A stretch of 64,000 bases of DNA from Octopus bimaculoides (lineage: Eukaryota), in NCBI RefSeq assembly GCF_001194135.2, contig NC_068984.1, positions 92,426,278 to 92,490,277 of the forward strand, in the 5' to 3' direction. Position numbers and translations under genes: made by a program. Position 1 is the first letter of the stretch; each line of letters starts with the position of its first letter. Under the pieces are notes generated by a model. It did not search any database. It had not been told where the DNA came from and saw only the letters and a program-made list of their open reading frames with translations. Shown in pieces: positions 1-11,758 of the stretch.

Positions 1-339
1 ATGTACAAATGTGCAGAAGCCACGTGATCTATCAATTCCACCACCACTAGTTGACCTTTTTCGACTGCTACTGGTACTTCTGTACTTTTTATTACTATAC
101 GTCTGTAGGAAATGACTTCTCAAGACGAATACCGCAGTATTGTGACTATCTATCAATACATTTATATGAAGTACAGAGTGTTCGGGCTACACTTAAGCAT
201 TTTTATGTTTCTTATTTCAAGAACAGCTTGATGTATTGGTAAACAGTTAACGGCGTTAGAGAACATAAAGACTATAGTTGTAGTTGCGAAAAAGTTAGCT
301 GACGTAGAGGACTGGAAGCCATCTAAATATTAGGAAAGA

Positions 340-985
340 ATTACCAGTATCACGATACTTGAGCTGGGTATCAAAATGCCGACATCATGACTACTGCTTA
401 ATACGTTATGAACACTACAAAGGTTGTAAGATGTGACATGAACAGTTGCAACGGAGACTACTAAGCCATGGCCAGCAGGAAGGGACACAGCACGCGTTCT
501 AATTGTATCTGTTCGCTGTAATTCATCCTGTAACTGATGATTAGGGCCTTAGCCTTAATTCAGACAGTTATATGAAGCTACTGGAGACTGTGGTTAATCG
601 TCGGCTGGAGAGGGTTGCTGCTGGAAGGTCATGTGTGGGACAGCAGGAATTGGGTCCTTACAATACCACCGAAAAGAGTCAGAAGTGGTTGTCAGAGAAT
701 TTCTACTTCTCCAGCCCCAATTTCTGGCCTCTAAATTTCCCCGATTGTAATCCCATGGATTACCATGTGTGGGGTGCGGTTGAGAGAGACACCAACCGCT
801 CTGTCTGCAACACCAAGGTTGAGCTGATGACCAAAATCAGGGAAGTGTTCGAAGATTTTCCAATAGACACAATGAAGAATACATGCACTAGGATCCAGTC
901 TGTCTTGAGGCCGTGGTGTAAGCTGAGGGCGGTTACTTGGAGTACACTGTTATCTTCCTGCCATAATTTAGTTGGTACTTTTTGA
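340..985 (+). mobile_element. Internally deleted Tc1/mariner-superfamily (maT/DD37D-like) transposase remnant
   Basis: ORF 572-985 contains WPLNFPDCNPMDYHVWGAVE, a decayed WPPNSPDLNPLDY.VWG motif. Upstream sequence resembles a decayed N-terminus. Confidence 0.75.
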
Positions 986-1089
986 ATTTTTAAAATACTT
1001 TATTTTTGGATAGGAGATTGTGTTTGCTTTTCCTTTTATGCAAACTGCTAAATTTAGCCCGAATAACCTGTACAAATTTGAGTGTATGT

Positions 1090-1200
1090 ATGTGTGTGTG
1101 TGTGTCTGTGTGTCTGTGTGTGCATGCGAGAGAGAGATTTTTGTATCTGTGTTTTTGTGTGTATGTGTGCACACGCGTGTGTGTGCGTGTATGTGTGTGG
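1090..1200. repeat. Imperfect (TG)n microsatellite
   Basis: Directly visible; explains the spurious HTHT/CVCV ORFs. Confidence 0.95.
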
Positions 1201-1316
1201 ATGTATAGCGATATAAGCAATAGTGCATTTTGCACCAAAAATCAATACGAGTGTTTCTCTTGTGGTATTTACCGCAGTATAGGGTGTTCTAACAGAACAT
1301 CCACGTTTAATTGGGC

Positions 1317-1344
<28 letters not shown>

Positions 1345-1347
<3 letters not shown>

Positions 1348-2303
1348 CATGATGGTGGCCGTCCACTCGTGACCGAGGAAAACCATTGCCGACCTTCAGG
1401 AACATTGTGCACTCTAGGACTAACTTATAATTTGCATTTGCGACTCCATTGGTGGCTAATGAGTCCTGCTCTTGACAAGCATACACGACTGCAAACATTG
1501 CAGATTAAGCTTTCCCCATTCACTATACGAGCCGTGCGCTTTCGTGCAGCTCGCTTGAGTTCTTCATGCTGGATACGTGCTCTCTCAAAAGTGTCGATCC
1601 CCTCCTTAACCTGCTTCCTCCATCTGTGGTGATGACAGGCATTGTTCTCCTAGTCGGTGTCCTGCATATCACAGGCCTTTAATGAGGACTTGACACAGTC
1701 CTTAAATCGCAGCCTTGGTTTCTGCCGCAGTCTCCTTCCATTCACAAGTTCTCCATATAGCATCTGCTTAGGAATCCTGCTATCCTTCATTCTAATAAGG
1801 TGTCCAGTCCATCGTAACCGTTGCCTGTGCACCATTGCCTCAATACTCAAGACATCAACTGTCCTCAGGACCTGTGTGCCTGGAATTTTTGAGGTCCAGC
1901 CAATATTGAGAATGTGTCTGAGACATCTCTGATGAAAGCGTTCAAGGACCCTTACCTGACGTTTGTACAGAGTCCATGTCTCACATGAGTAGAGGAGTGA
2001 TGTCAGTACACATGCACGGTACACAGCAACTTTTGTTTGCCTTGCGATGCCATGCTGGGACCAGACACGAGACTGAAGATACCGGAAGGAATTAGTTGCT
2101 TTCTGCAACCTGAAAGATATTTCCTCATCCAGGGAGCAAGAACGGCTGGGTGTACTGCCCAGGTAGATAAACTTGTCTACTACCTTCAGAATTGTTCCTT
2201 CAACCAAAATAGCTGGTTTCACATATGGATTTCCTGGTGCAGGCTGGAACATTACAACAGTCTTGTCCAGGCTAATGCTAAGTTCAAATGCCTTGCAAGA
2301 AGC
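1345..2303 (-). mobile_element. RTE-clade (BovB-like) LINE, 3' part of RT ORF and 3' end
   Basis: KTVVMFQP...VDKFIYLGS...LLYSCETW...QRLRWTGHLIRM..SRIPKQMLYGEL is typical of RTE RT C-termini; followed by a C..C...GL.SH-like tail. Continues into the N-gap. Confidence 0.92.
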
Positions 2304-3170
2304 NNNNNNNNNNNNNNNNNNNNNNNNNNNNNNNNNNNNNNNNNNNNNNNNNNNNNNNNNNNNNNNNNNNNNNNNNNNNNNNNNNNNNNNNNNNNNNNNN
2401 NNNNNNNNNNNNNNNNNNNNNNNNNNNNNNNNNNNNNNNNNNNNNNNNNNNNNNNNNNNNNNNNNNNNNNNNNNNNNNNNNNNNNNNNNNNNNNNNNNNN
2501 NNNNNNNNNNNNNNNNNNNNNNNNNNNNNNNNNNNNNNNNNNNNNNNNNNNNNNNNNNNNNNNNNNNNNNNNNNNNNNNNNNNNNNNNNNNNNNNNNNNN
2601 NNNNNNNNNNNNNNNNNNNNNNNNNNNNNNNNNNNNNNNNNNNNNNNNNNNNNNNNNNNNNNNNNNNNNNNNNNNNNNNNNNNNNNNNNNNNNNNNNNNN
2701 NNNNNNNNNNNNNNNNNNNNNNNNNNNNNNNNNNNNNNNNNNNNNNNNNNNNNNNNNNNNNNNNNNNNNNNNNNNNNNNNNNNNNNNNNNNNNNNNNNNN
2801 NNNNNNNNNNNNNNNNNNNNNNNNNNNNNNNNNNNNNNNNNNNNNNNNNNNNNNNNNNNNNNNNNNNNNNNNNNNNNNNNNNNNNNNNNNNNNNNNNNNN
2901 NNNNNNNNNNNNNNNNNNNNNNNNNNNNNNNNNNNNNNNNNNNNNNNNNNNNNNNNNNNNNNNNNNNNNNNNNNNNNNNNNNNNNNNNNNNNNNNNNNNN
3001 NNNNNNNNNNNNNNNNNNNNNNNNNNNNNNNNNNNNNNNNNNNNNNNNNNNNNNNNNNNNNNNNNNNNNNNNNNNNNNNNNNNNNNNNNNNNNNNNNNNN
3101 NNNNNNNNNNNNNNNNNNNNNNNNNNNNNNNNNNNNNNNNNNNNNNNNNNNNNNNNNNNNNNNNNNNNNT

Positions 3171-3640
3171 GTTGCATAGTATCAATCACTGTTTCATCCA
3201 CAACTGACTCATGGTTTAGGAGTTCAGAGAAGTGTGACCTGTGATTTCTGTCGATTTAGTAAACAGGGTGGAAGACTCCTTGGAAAGCAAAGGAGCTGAT
3301 GTGGAGCTCTTAAGTCCATAAGCTCGCTTCATAAGATGGTAAAGCTTCTTGCTGTCATTTGCATCAGCAGCAGCCTGAACATCACAAGCAAGATCCTCCC
3401 ACCAAGTGTTCTGCATCTTCCTGAGAGATCGCTGCAGTAGTGATTTTACACTGTTATAGTGGGCAAGTGCTAGACTTCGCTGCACAGTAGACATACATAT
3501 ATATAGGTGCATACCCATTTACATGTATACACACATAAACACGGTGCACTAAGCCACTCATAACTATAGCTACATGTTGATTGATGGCTGTCCACTCGTG
3601 ATCGAGGAAGATCATCACTGAAAACTGTGCCCTCATACAA
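3171..3640 (-). mobile_element. RTE LINE EN-RT linker fragment plus a second copy of the RTE 3'-end motif
   Basis: RKMQNTWWEDLACDVQAAADANDSKKLYHLMKRAYG is the RTE-BovB linker. gatggctgtccactcgtgatcgaggaa (~3582) repeats the terminal motif at ~1350. Confidence 0.8.
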
Positions 3641-4388
3641 ATTTACACTGTACAGTTCTGGTTTCGCTGATGACTAATGACCCCAGTTCTTGGTAAACTT
3701 ACATGTCCGCAGATTTTGCAGACCAATCTTTACTACACTGACGGTGTGTTTTCGAGCTGCTCGCTTAAATTCTACACGAAAATACACTTTTTACTTTTAC
3801 GAAAATACTCACTTCTTTGTTTCCTCCATTGGTGTCGATGAATAGCATTACTTCTCCAGCAGACCAACCGATTCCCGCAATATATATATNNNNNNNNNNN
3901 NNNNNNNNNNNNNNNNNNNNNNNNNNNNNNNNNNNNNNNNNNNNNNNNNNNNNNNNNNNNNNNNNNNNNNNNNNNNNNNNNNNNNNNNNNNNNNNNNNNN
4001 NNNNNNNNNNNNNNNNNNNNNNNNNNNNNNNNNNNNNNNNNNNNNNNNNNNNNNNNNNNNNNNNNNNNNNNNNNNNNNNNNNNNNNNNNNNNNNNNNNNN
4101 NNNNNNNNNNNNNNNNNNNNNNNNNNNNNNNNNNNNNNNNNNNNNNNNNNNNNNNNNNNNNNNNNNNNNNNNNNNNNNNNNNNNNNNNNNNNNNNNNNNN
4201 NNNNNNNNNNNNNNNNNNNNNNNNNNNNNNNNNNNNNNNNNNNNNNNNNNNNNNNNNNNNNNNNNNNNNNNNNNNNNNNNNNNNNNNNNNNNNNNNNNNN
4301 NNNNNNNNNNNNNNNNNNNNNNNNNNNNNNNNNNNNNNNNNNNNNNNNNNNNNNNNNNNNNNNNNNNNNNNNNNNNNNNNNNNNNNNN

Positions 4389-4421
<33 letters not shown>

Positions 4422-6656
4422 TTCTTCCATGTTTATCAGCTCCAAATATCTACAATATAAATTAATTTTATTAAGTCTCACAACATAAAGTTATATTTTA
4501 ATTCCCAGAAAAGTTAAATAAGCCCACTGGCTGCATCTGATAAATATATTCTTTTACTCTTTTACTAGTTTCCACAACAGTCACAGCCAGAGAACAATTT
4601 TCAAGGATTTAGTTGAGTACCTTCAATCCCTATACTTTGTCTGATGCATTATATTATGGACCTCGTGAAATGATTATTGAACGAGTTAATGAGATATAAT
4701 GAAGGATGTAAGGAGCCAGTTATCACAAGGTACTTTATAGACACACGAGTTTTGGCATCTCCCTCTAATATGCACCCAACGGCAGTTTACATAGTCTCTG
4801 TCAATCAATTTTTCATTCAGAAACTAGGCTATAGCAGAAACCTTTTCGCAAGGTGCAACGAGATGAAATCAATGGTAGTTTTAGTAGCACAAGAAGTAGC
4901 AGTACTAACTGCTGTTGTTATTTGTGTTGCGGAAACAGCAGCAGTACCACTTGTTCCCACGCATTTAGTAGAAGCAGCGTTATTGGATATTTATGTTCGT
5001 TCCATAGTAGCAGGAAGATTGTAATGCATGCTGGAATCAAATTATAAATAATCGATTAGGCTTCCATTTTTTCGTAATGCATGCTTATCTGTTCTGCTGA
5101 GTTGTTTATATAATTAATTCTTAAATACTATCTAACCCTAGTTTTCACCATTACCATCACTATTTTTATATAGCAAGTATAATAAATGACACGACAATGC
5201 AAAAAAATAAATTAGCAATATCAATTTTCATAGCATTTATGACTGCTTTAGACATCATATACTGTATATTATTTCTGAATATCAACACTGTGTATGTCTG
5301 AATTCAAGCAATTTCAAATATCAATTTGAAAAATCCTAAGGAATCGACAATAACATTGCAGCAAAAACGAAGTTAGTAGTGTTTTTAATCAACATAACAA
5401 ACTGTATCAGGACCCCTTAAAAGAATAGATTTGGGCTTTGACGTAATAGAATCTGAGTAAAAATTAAAATAACGCATGTAAACAGGTTATTATGAAGTTC
5501 TTTGACTGCACAATTGCAAGTTTTACTAATTGTACTGTGAAACAATTACTCTGTTACTATCTTGTCTGCTGGGCACATATATACAAGAGAACATTTTGCC
5601 TATAGAAACAATACCTCGCTTACAGTGAGATACGAACTTGCGACTCAGGAAGCTTGGCACCTTATGCATTCTGCTAATACTTCACAATCTTAGAATACTG
5701 AATTTGTTAAATCTTTCCCTTCATAAGCCTTTTAATTTCCAAAATACAAGCTCTTCCGCTACCCAGCAACATTCAACATCTTTGCTATCTTACTGTGTTA
5801 AAATACAAATTTTATCACTATTGATTTTAGCTGTACCGCAATTCAGTCTTATTTCGCAAGCCTAAGAGAAATCAATTGATTAGGAATCAATACTTCTTAC
5901 GACCTCCAACGACTGAATTATTAATGTAAAGGGGATGTATTTAGATATACTTGATCTTGTACTGTGAATGTTATAAGAGTTGTTAAGATATATCTGGTAG
6001 AGAAGTGAGAAGTAAAGACTATAAAACTACACCGAAAATAAACAATGTATTTTGTTTGAATGCTGGCCCTCTGATTGTATGCAAATAAACTATGTTCGAC
6101 CTTCATATGTAACTGAATACAATTGAAGTTCTACTTAACAAAAGTTCTTGAGCTACTTAAGAAAAATTACTTCTCAGAATAAGAATAATTTCTGTGTTTC
6201 ATTTGTTAATACTAGACATGATACTAGTAACTAGTAACAGCGCTAGGCCAGAAAAATCGTGGGCATTGACCGAGCTCATAAAATTTAATCAGTTCGTAAA
6301 ATTTGATCTTAATTAAAGCCCGAACATACCTCTTTCATACTGGGTTCGTGGTTCTATTTTTGCAGGAAGAAATCACGTTTTTCTCGAAGTATTTCTTTGG
6401 AAGACCTCTCAAATATGTCTTTATAATGTGGTTATTCAGCTTCAGTTGTTAAACAGGAATATGCGAATAAGTTGAGTATAAAATATCTTACTTCAGTTTG
6501 AAGTTTGTTTCCTCTGTCTTTATTTTGGGTAATATTAGGTCGTCAACTATGAACTTTGTAGAAAAGGAAAAAAATACAGTTCTATATTTAAGAGATGAGG
6601 AATTAATATACATTATTTACATATGACGGATATTTGTCCTCATCTTGTTTGTTGTT

Positions 6657-6701
6657 AACACAACGTTTCGGCTGATATACCCTCCAGCCTTCATCAGGTG
6701 C
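6657..6701 (-). ncRNA. Minimal type I hammerhead ribozyme motif
   Basis: Minus strand: gcac-CUGAUGA-a-ggcug(gagggUAUAU)cagcc-GAAA-C-GUU-gugu. Stem I gcac/gugu, 5-bp stem II, palindromic AACGUU stem III. Confidence 0.75.
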
Positions 6702-6704
6702 CCA

Positions 6705-6777
6705 CGGGCATATGGCGTAGTGGTTAAGATCGCAGGCTACTAAGCCCAAGATTCCGAGTTCGATTCCAGGCAGTGAT

Positions 6778-6780
<3 letters not shown>
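6705..6780 (+). promoter_or_regulatory. tRNA-derived SINE-type head with Pol III A and B boxes
   Basis: A box TGGCGTAGTGG (6713-6723), B-box-like GAGTTCGATTCC (6757-6768), anticodon-loop-like CTACTAA; followed by (AAT)n. Confidence 0.8.
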
Positions 6781-6823
<43 letters not shown>

Positions 6824-7430
6824 GCCCGGATGCAGTACTAGGCAGTGGCTCTCATGGCTTCTGATCTTCATTGATTAGAAGTGTTATCATGTACATTGTT
6901 CTGTCTTGGTATAAAAGATGGGCTACAGCAAATATTCTGCTTAATACCACAGATTTATTTGTCAGTTGTTTGACCTTAACCAGTTGAGTATGTCCCTTTG
7001 TGGCTGAGGATATGTGCATTTATGATCATGAGCAGAAGTAGTGGGGGAGCATCATAGCCATGTATTGAGAGGAATTCTTTGGGGTTTGAATAATTCACCT
7101 TTGGAAACACGGGTGTTTTGCTCAACATCCTTAAACAAACCTTATTCAGGGACCTTTTGAGCGGGATGGGCTACTCAACCTGAAGAAAATTCTAACTNNN
7201 NNNNNNNNNNNNNNNNNNNNNNNNNNNNNNNNNNNNNNNNNNNNNNNNNNNNNNNNNNNNNNNNNNNNNNNNNNNNNNNNNNNNNNNNNNNNNNNNNNCA
7301 TGTCGCGCACATATGGTTGTGATGCATGTGCCTGGTGTACCCTTATCAGACGGGTAGTCATGATGGGTATAATGAGCTTCGTATTTTTTACCCCAGTGTC
7401 ACTTTGATGGCATGCACTGCTCTCTCACTC

Positions 7431-7488
<58 letters not shown>

Positions 7489-7535
7489 TCGAAAAATACC
7501 TTAGGAATGAGAACCCAGGTTCGAAATTTCCCCAA

Positions 7536-7581
7536 GACACCTGATGAAGGCTGGAGGGTATATCAACCGAAACGCTGTGTT
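7536..7581 (+). ncRNA. Minimal type I hammerhead motif, mutated copy
   Basis: gacac-CTGATGA-a-ggctg...caacc-GAAA-C-GCT-gtgtt. Stem I gacac/gtgtt intact; one stem II mismatch and a GTT>GCT cleavage-site change relative to the 6657-6701 copy. Confidence 0.65.
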
Positions 7582-9499
7582 AACAACAAACAAGATGAGG
7601 ACAAATATCCGTCAAATGTAAATAATGTAAATAAGGAAAAAAAGTTTTTCTAATGCTTTATAAATACAAGGAATAGTTTTATTTATCAAAGTATGCACCC
7701 ATATTGTCAATACAATTTTGCCGTATCAACGGTAACTTGTACAGCCCGGAAATGTAAAAGCCTGGCAATCTAGAATCAATAAAATCTTGGAAGGCCTGTT
7801 TTACAGCATCGTTGAAATTAAATTTTTTTCCTATCAAAAAGTTATCCAAATTCTGGAAGAAGAGATAGTCAGTAGGGGCAAGATCATGTGAGTATGGTGG
7901 ATGATGGAGAACTTCCAACTTCAACCCCTATAGTTTCACCAATGTCATTTTTGCGATGTGTGGTCTGGCGTTGTCTTGCAGTAAAATAGGAGTGGATCTG
8001 TTGACTAATCTAGGTTGTTTTTTCTAAATTTCTACATCATTTGGTCCAGTTGGCTGCAGTATACTTCGGCCGTGATTGATGAGCTAGGTTTAATGAAATC
8101 AATGGATCAGACCTGCTCTAGACCACCAAACACACAACGTCAGCTTCTTTAGATGAATTTTGCTTTTTGGACTGTGTTTTGGTGGTTCGTCTTTGTCCAA
8201 CCTTTGTGCTGAGCGTGTAAGGTTGATGTATTGGATCCATTTCTCATCACTGTTATAATTCGATTCCAAAATGATTCATTTTTGTGACGAGAAAGTAGCA
8301 TAATGCTGGCTTCCAAACATTGCAATTTCTGATTTTCATTGAGTTCATGTGGAACCTACTTATCCAACTTTTTCGCTTAACCAATTTGAACTAGGTGAGT
8401 CAATATTGTTTGCTTGCTAACACCAAACAGCAACAATAATTCACGGTCACTTTGAGATGGATTTGACTCGACAGTGGCTTTCAGTTTGACATTATCTACC
8501 TTTGTTTCTGGTCGACCGCGCTGCTCATTTGTGAGGTCAAAGTTACCGGAATAAAATTTTGCAAACCAATTTGATACTATCTGCTGTGTAATAACATTAG
8601 AATGAAATACTCTATTAATATTCCGAGCTGTCTGTGATGCTGTATTTCCAAGAAAGAACTCATATTTCAAAATTGTACGAATTTCCGACTTATCCATCTC
8701 TAAACAAAAATAGCAAAAAACGATTTATAAATACTTTATAAAACGCAAAATGAGTTAGAATAAAGAAATAGATGTGTCAGCTTTCTAACAAAAACTTAAG
8801 ATTGTCAAAATATAATAATGACGCAAAACGAGCAGTTGATAAAATTTACGATATGCCTTACTACAAATTTCATACTTGACGACCTATCTATTAGGTTTCT
8901 CCACATTTTTGCATTCGATATTTTCCATATACACCGAATAAAAATCAATCGATTTTCAACTGACCAGTGAACACTTTAGCGTCATTTAGTCTGATTAGTG
9001 CTAATGTAAGTCCACTCATTTTACTGTCATCTTACTGGAGTCACTTTGTAATCTTGTATCTCAATTTTATATCCTTGCCATTTATGAGCGCGCATTTTCT
9101 GTCTACTGTTCTGTTGCTTTCTTGATAGGTTACCTCACCACTGTTCACCAGTCGTAAACTAAATGGTTGCCATCTCCCTTGTTTCTTTACAAGCTAAGCT
9201 TGTTTTATTTTGTCATCCCAATTTACGTCTCCCATTGGTTCTTATATTTTACTTCAATGTACTACCACAAGGATACGAGGCAAGGGAGGTGGTTGATTCT
9301 AGAAAAGCTTAAATTTTCGCACAAAAGATCGAACGGTTCGCAGAAATGCGGTTCAAATCTTGCATGTGATTCCTGTTACGTAGTGTTTTTCTAGGTAAGC
9401 TTTTTGCATTCTCAAAAGATTGAAGAGTTATCTACGCAATACTATAGCTTGATTACATCATTCATTGGCTTCATCATCTTTTATGTTCAGTTGTTTATT

Positions 9500-10900
9500 C
9501 GTGCAGAATCCCTAATTATTGTTATTTGGTATTCCTTTTGCTTACTCTCTTTCTTTGTACGCAAATCTTGTCTGTTTGGTTAGTGCATTAAATATACAGA
9601 GATTACCCAAAGCCTGAGTCTTTGGTTCTTACTATCTGTCAGAGATCGTTTTCTGAACAAACCGAAAACGGCACTTGAGCATGTATTTGCTAATATGGCC
9701 TTTTTCGATCAGTTACGTGCATACGAATGCTTTGGTATCCAGATAAGTCTCAATTCTATATCAGAAATGCTTCTTTATGGCAGGGCTTCGAAAATCTTTT
9801 GGAAAGCAATGTTTGGGCTGCCTATGGTCAGCGAAGTAAGTTCATGAAAATAGATACTGGCTCTCAATGTTGGTCTTTGTTTAACGATTAACGACACTAC
9901 AACATCTCTTAAAAGGAACATGGTGGACAAAAACATGGCAATGTAAGAGAAATACTGGACCTGATATCAGCATTTGACCCTGTCGTCTGCAAGTGGTTAA
10001 TGAAGTAGGATTTAAATGTAAATTATTTACAACATGATACTCAGAATGAGCATTTTTCTATCTGGGCATTATTAATCAAAACGAAATATCGTAAGAGGTG
10101 TCTAAAGCAACCGTGAAGAATTTATTGACTATCAAGCAGTCTCAAAGTTTGGCATTGAATCACAGTTATACTGACAGTGCCGAACTCTGTTTTTGTTGAC
10201 ATTCAGATATGTGTCACACAACGCTGCGTTGGTACCTCGATGAACGCAAAATCACTGATGTCCATGCGAAGCTATATGTTTCATTTGCAGTCCATGTCCG
10301 CTGCCACGCCCACCGATTCAAAAAGGCTGCAGATTTTTTTTTTGTATTTGTTTTTTGCATTAGAAGCAACTTTACATGTATGTGGCTCAGTTCACTATGC
10401 ATCAGTAGTTCAAACAATTACAAGAAGAAAAAGCGACAACTAATGGAACTGAAAGGTATATCCGATACATGCTGGAATTATAAGTATGCATCATGATATT
10501 CAGTGTATTGCACATTTCTATTTCTTTTAAACTTTATTTATTGCATTTTTATGAGAATACCACGTCATCAGGAAGACTAACTGGAAACAAAATGCTTCAA
10601 AACTTTTGTCTGTAAGTGTCTGTGTACTCTGTCAATAATTTCTTATTTGATTCAAGCTTATGGCAAAGATGCCGCAATCATTTTCATCGGATACAAGTGC
10701 AAGATACAAATCGATAGCGTGCTGCATTGAGGAGGTTGATATCGAACGAAACAAACTGAACTACGAAGATACGTGGCATACAATTAAGCAACAGACCATT
10801 GAACTTGGTACAACCATCAGCTAGTTTGACAGAAACCAAAAATGGTGATGCTAATTGCTACAGCATTTGGACTCGGCAGTCATTGAGATTGTTGATATCT
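9500..10900 (+). mobile_element. Highly decayed hAT (Tip100/ZMYM-like) transposase
   Basis: Fragments HGNVREILDLISAFDPV (GNF.ELL.L...DP motif), VHVRCHAHRF (CxAH motif) and LKGISDTCWNY (LSDTRW motif) occur in the expected order with frameshifts. Confidence 0.6.
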
Positions 10901-11675
10901 GGCCGAGAAATAACGAAGAGCCTTTTGCTTTTTTTTTTTCGTGAGAATTCTATTTGTGTTTTGAATCGGATTTGCTAAGCCTTCGACGTCACTTTTTTTG
11001 TGCGTAAGAAAGCAACCAAGAATAACATGTAAGTCGTTCAAAGCAATTATGTGAAACATAATTTCATTGTAGATTTTATTCGTATAATGTACATGCTAGT
11101 TTGACTTTCATTTAGTTATGTTGCCTTCAGTGAGATTAGGGCAAGAAGTAGCTGTTGTTCTTGTGATATAGCTGTACAGTTTTAGTGGAGCTGGGGTATG
11201 ACTGAAAGTCATGGTATAATGCAAACTTTGTTTTACTTTTAAAAAGAATGGAAGAGAACAGTGTAACACAGTTAACAACTTTATGAATATTTCTAAAGAC
11301 TGAAAATAGAATTGAGAAAGAGTAAAAGTAACCAAATTTAACAACCAAAAGAGTATTCGACGAGAAAAAGAAAAGTTGAAACATTATCATTAACTTTTGT
11401 AAAAGTGACAAGTTAGCAGAACAGACTTATAATATTTTAATTTCAACTCCTTATGTAAAAATTCTACTGATGTCACTTCGCTTTTACTAGATAAAATTAG
11501 CACCCGCACTCTTATAGGTAATTGGTTAAGAAGTAGACAGAGAGACCAATTTACTCGAAATTTTATACAAAAGACGCCCAATATATAATAAAAGATTCTC
11601 ATCACATGATAATTCACAGTACAAACTACTAATACGCAAAGATATATTGTTTTCTGCCTTATTTAACAGCAAAAA

Positions 11676-11677
<2 letters not shown>

Positions 11678-11755
<78 letters not shown>
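11678..11755. repeat. Perfect (TG)n microsatellite, followed by CA/TACA low-complexity sequence at ~11885-12020
   Basis: Directly visible. Confidence 0.97.

Positions 11756-11758
<3 letters not shown>

Larger units (their letters stand above)
6575..7632 (+). mobile_element. Composite non-autonomous retroelement: inverted HHR-bearing terminal repeat, tRNA-like head, (AAT)n modules, HHR-bearing terminal repeat
   Basis: Flanked by identical 11-bp aaggaaaaaaa (6564-6574, 7633-7643). 6611-6700 is the reverse complement of ~7538-7627. Confidence 0.8.
6535..8887 (-). mobile_element. Full-length decayed mariner (DD34D) interrupted by a 1.06-kb insertion near its 3' TIR
   Basis: TIRs ttaggtcgtcaactatgaactttgtag (6535-6561) and ctacaaatttcatacttgacgacctat (8861-8887), 3 mismatches in 27. 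N-terminal HTH ORF 8377-8697 (KYEF..G.TASQTARNIN); C-terminal HPPYSHDLAPTDY ORF 7679-7924. Confidence 0.9.

Noticed and set aside
4677-5047. Short V/A/T/S-rich ORFs
   Set aside because: No recognisable domain or splice support; probably decayed repeat.
6705-6780. Functional tRNA gene
   Set aside because: Acceptor stem does not pair properly and it is followed by an (AAT)n tail within a TSD-flanked insert; treated as a SINE-type head.
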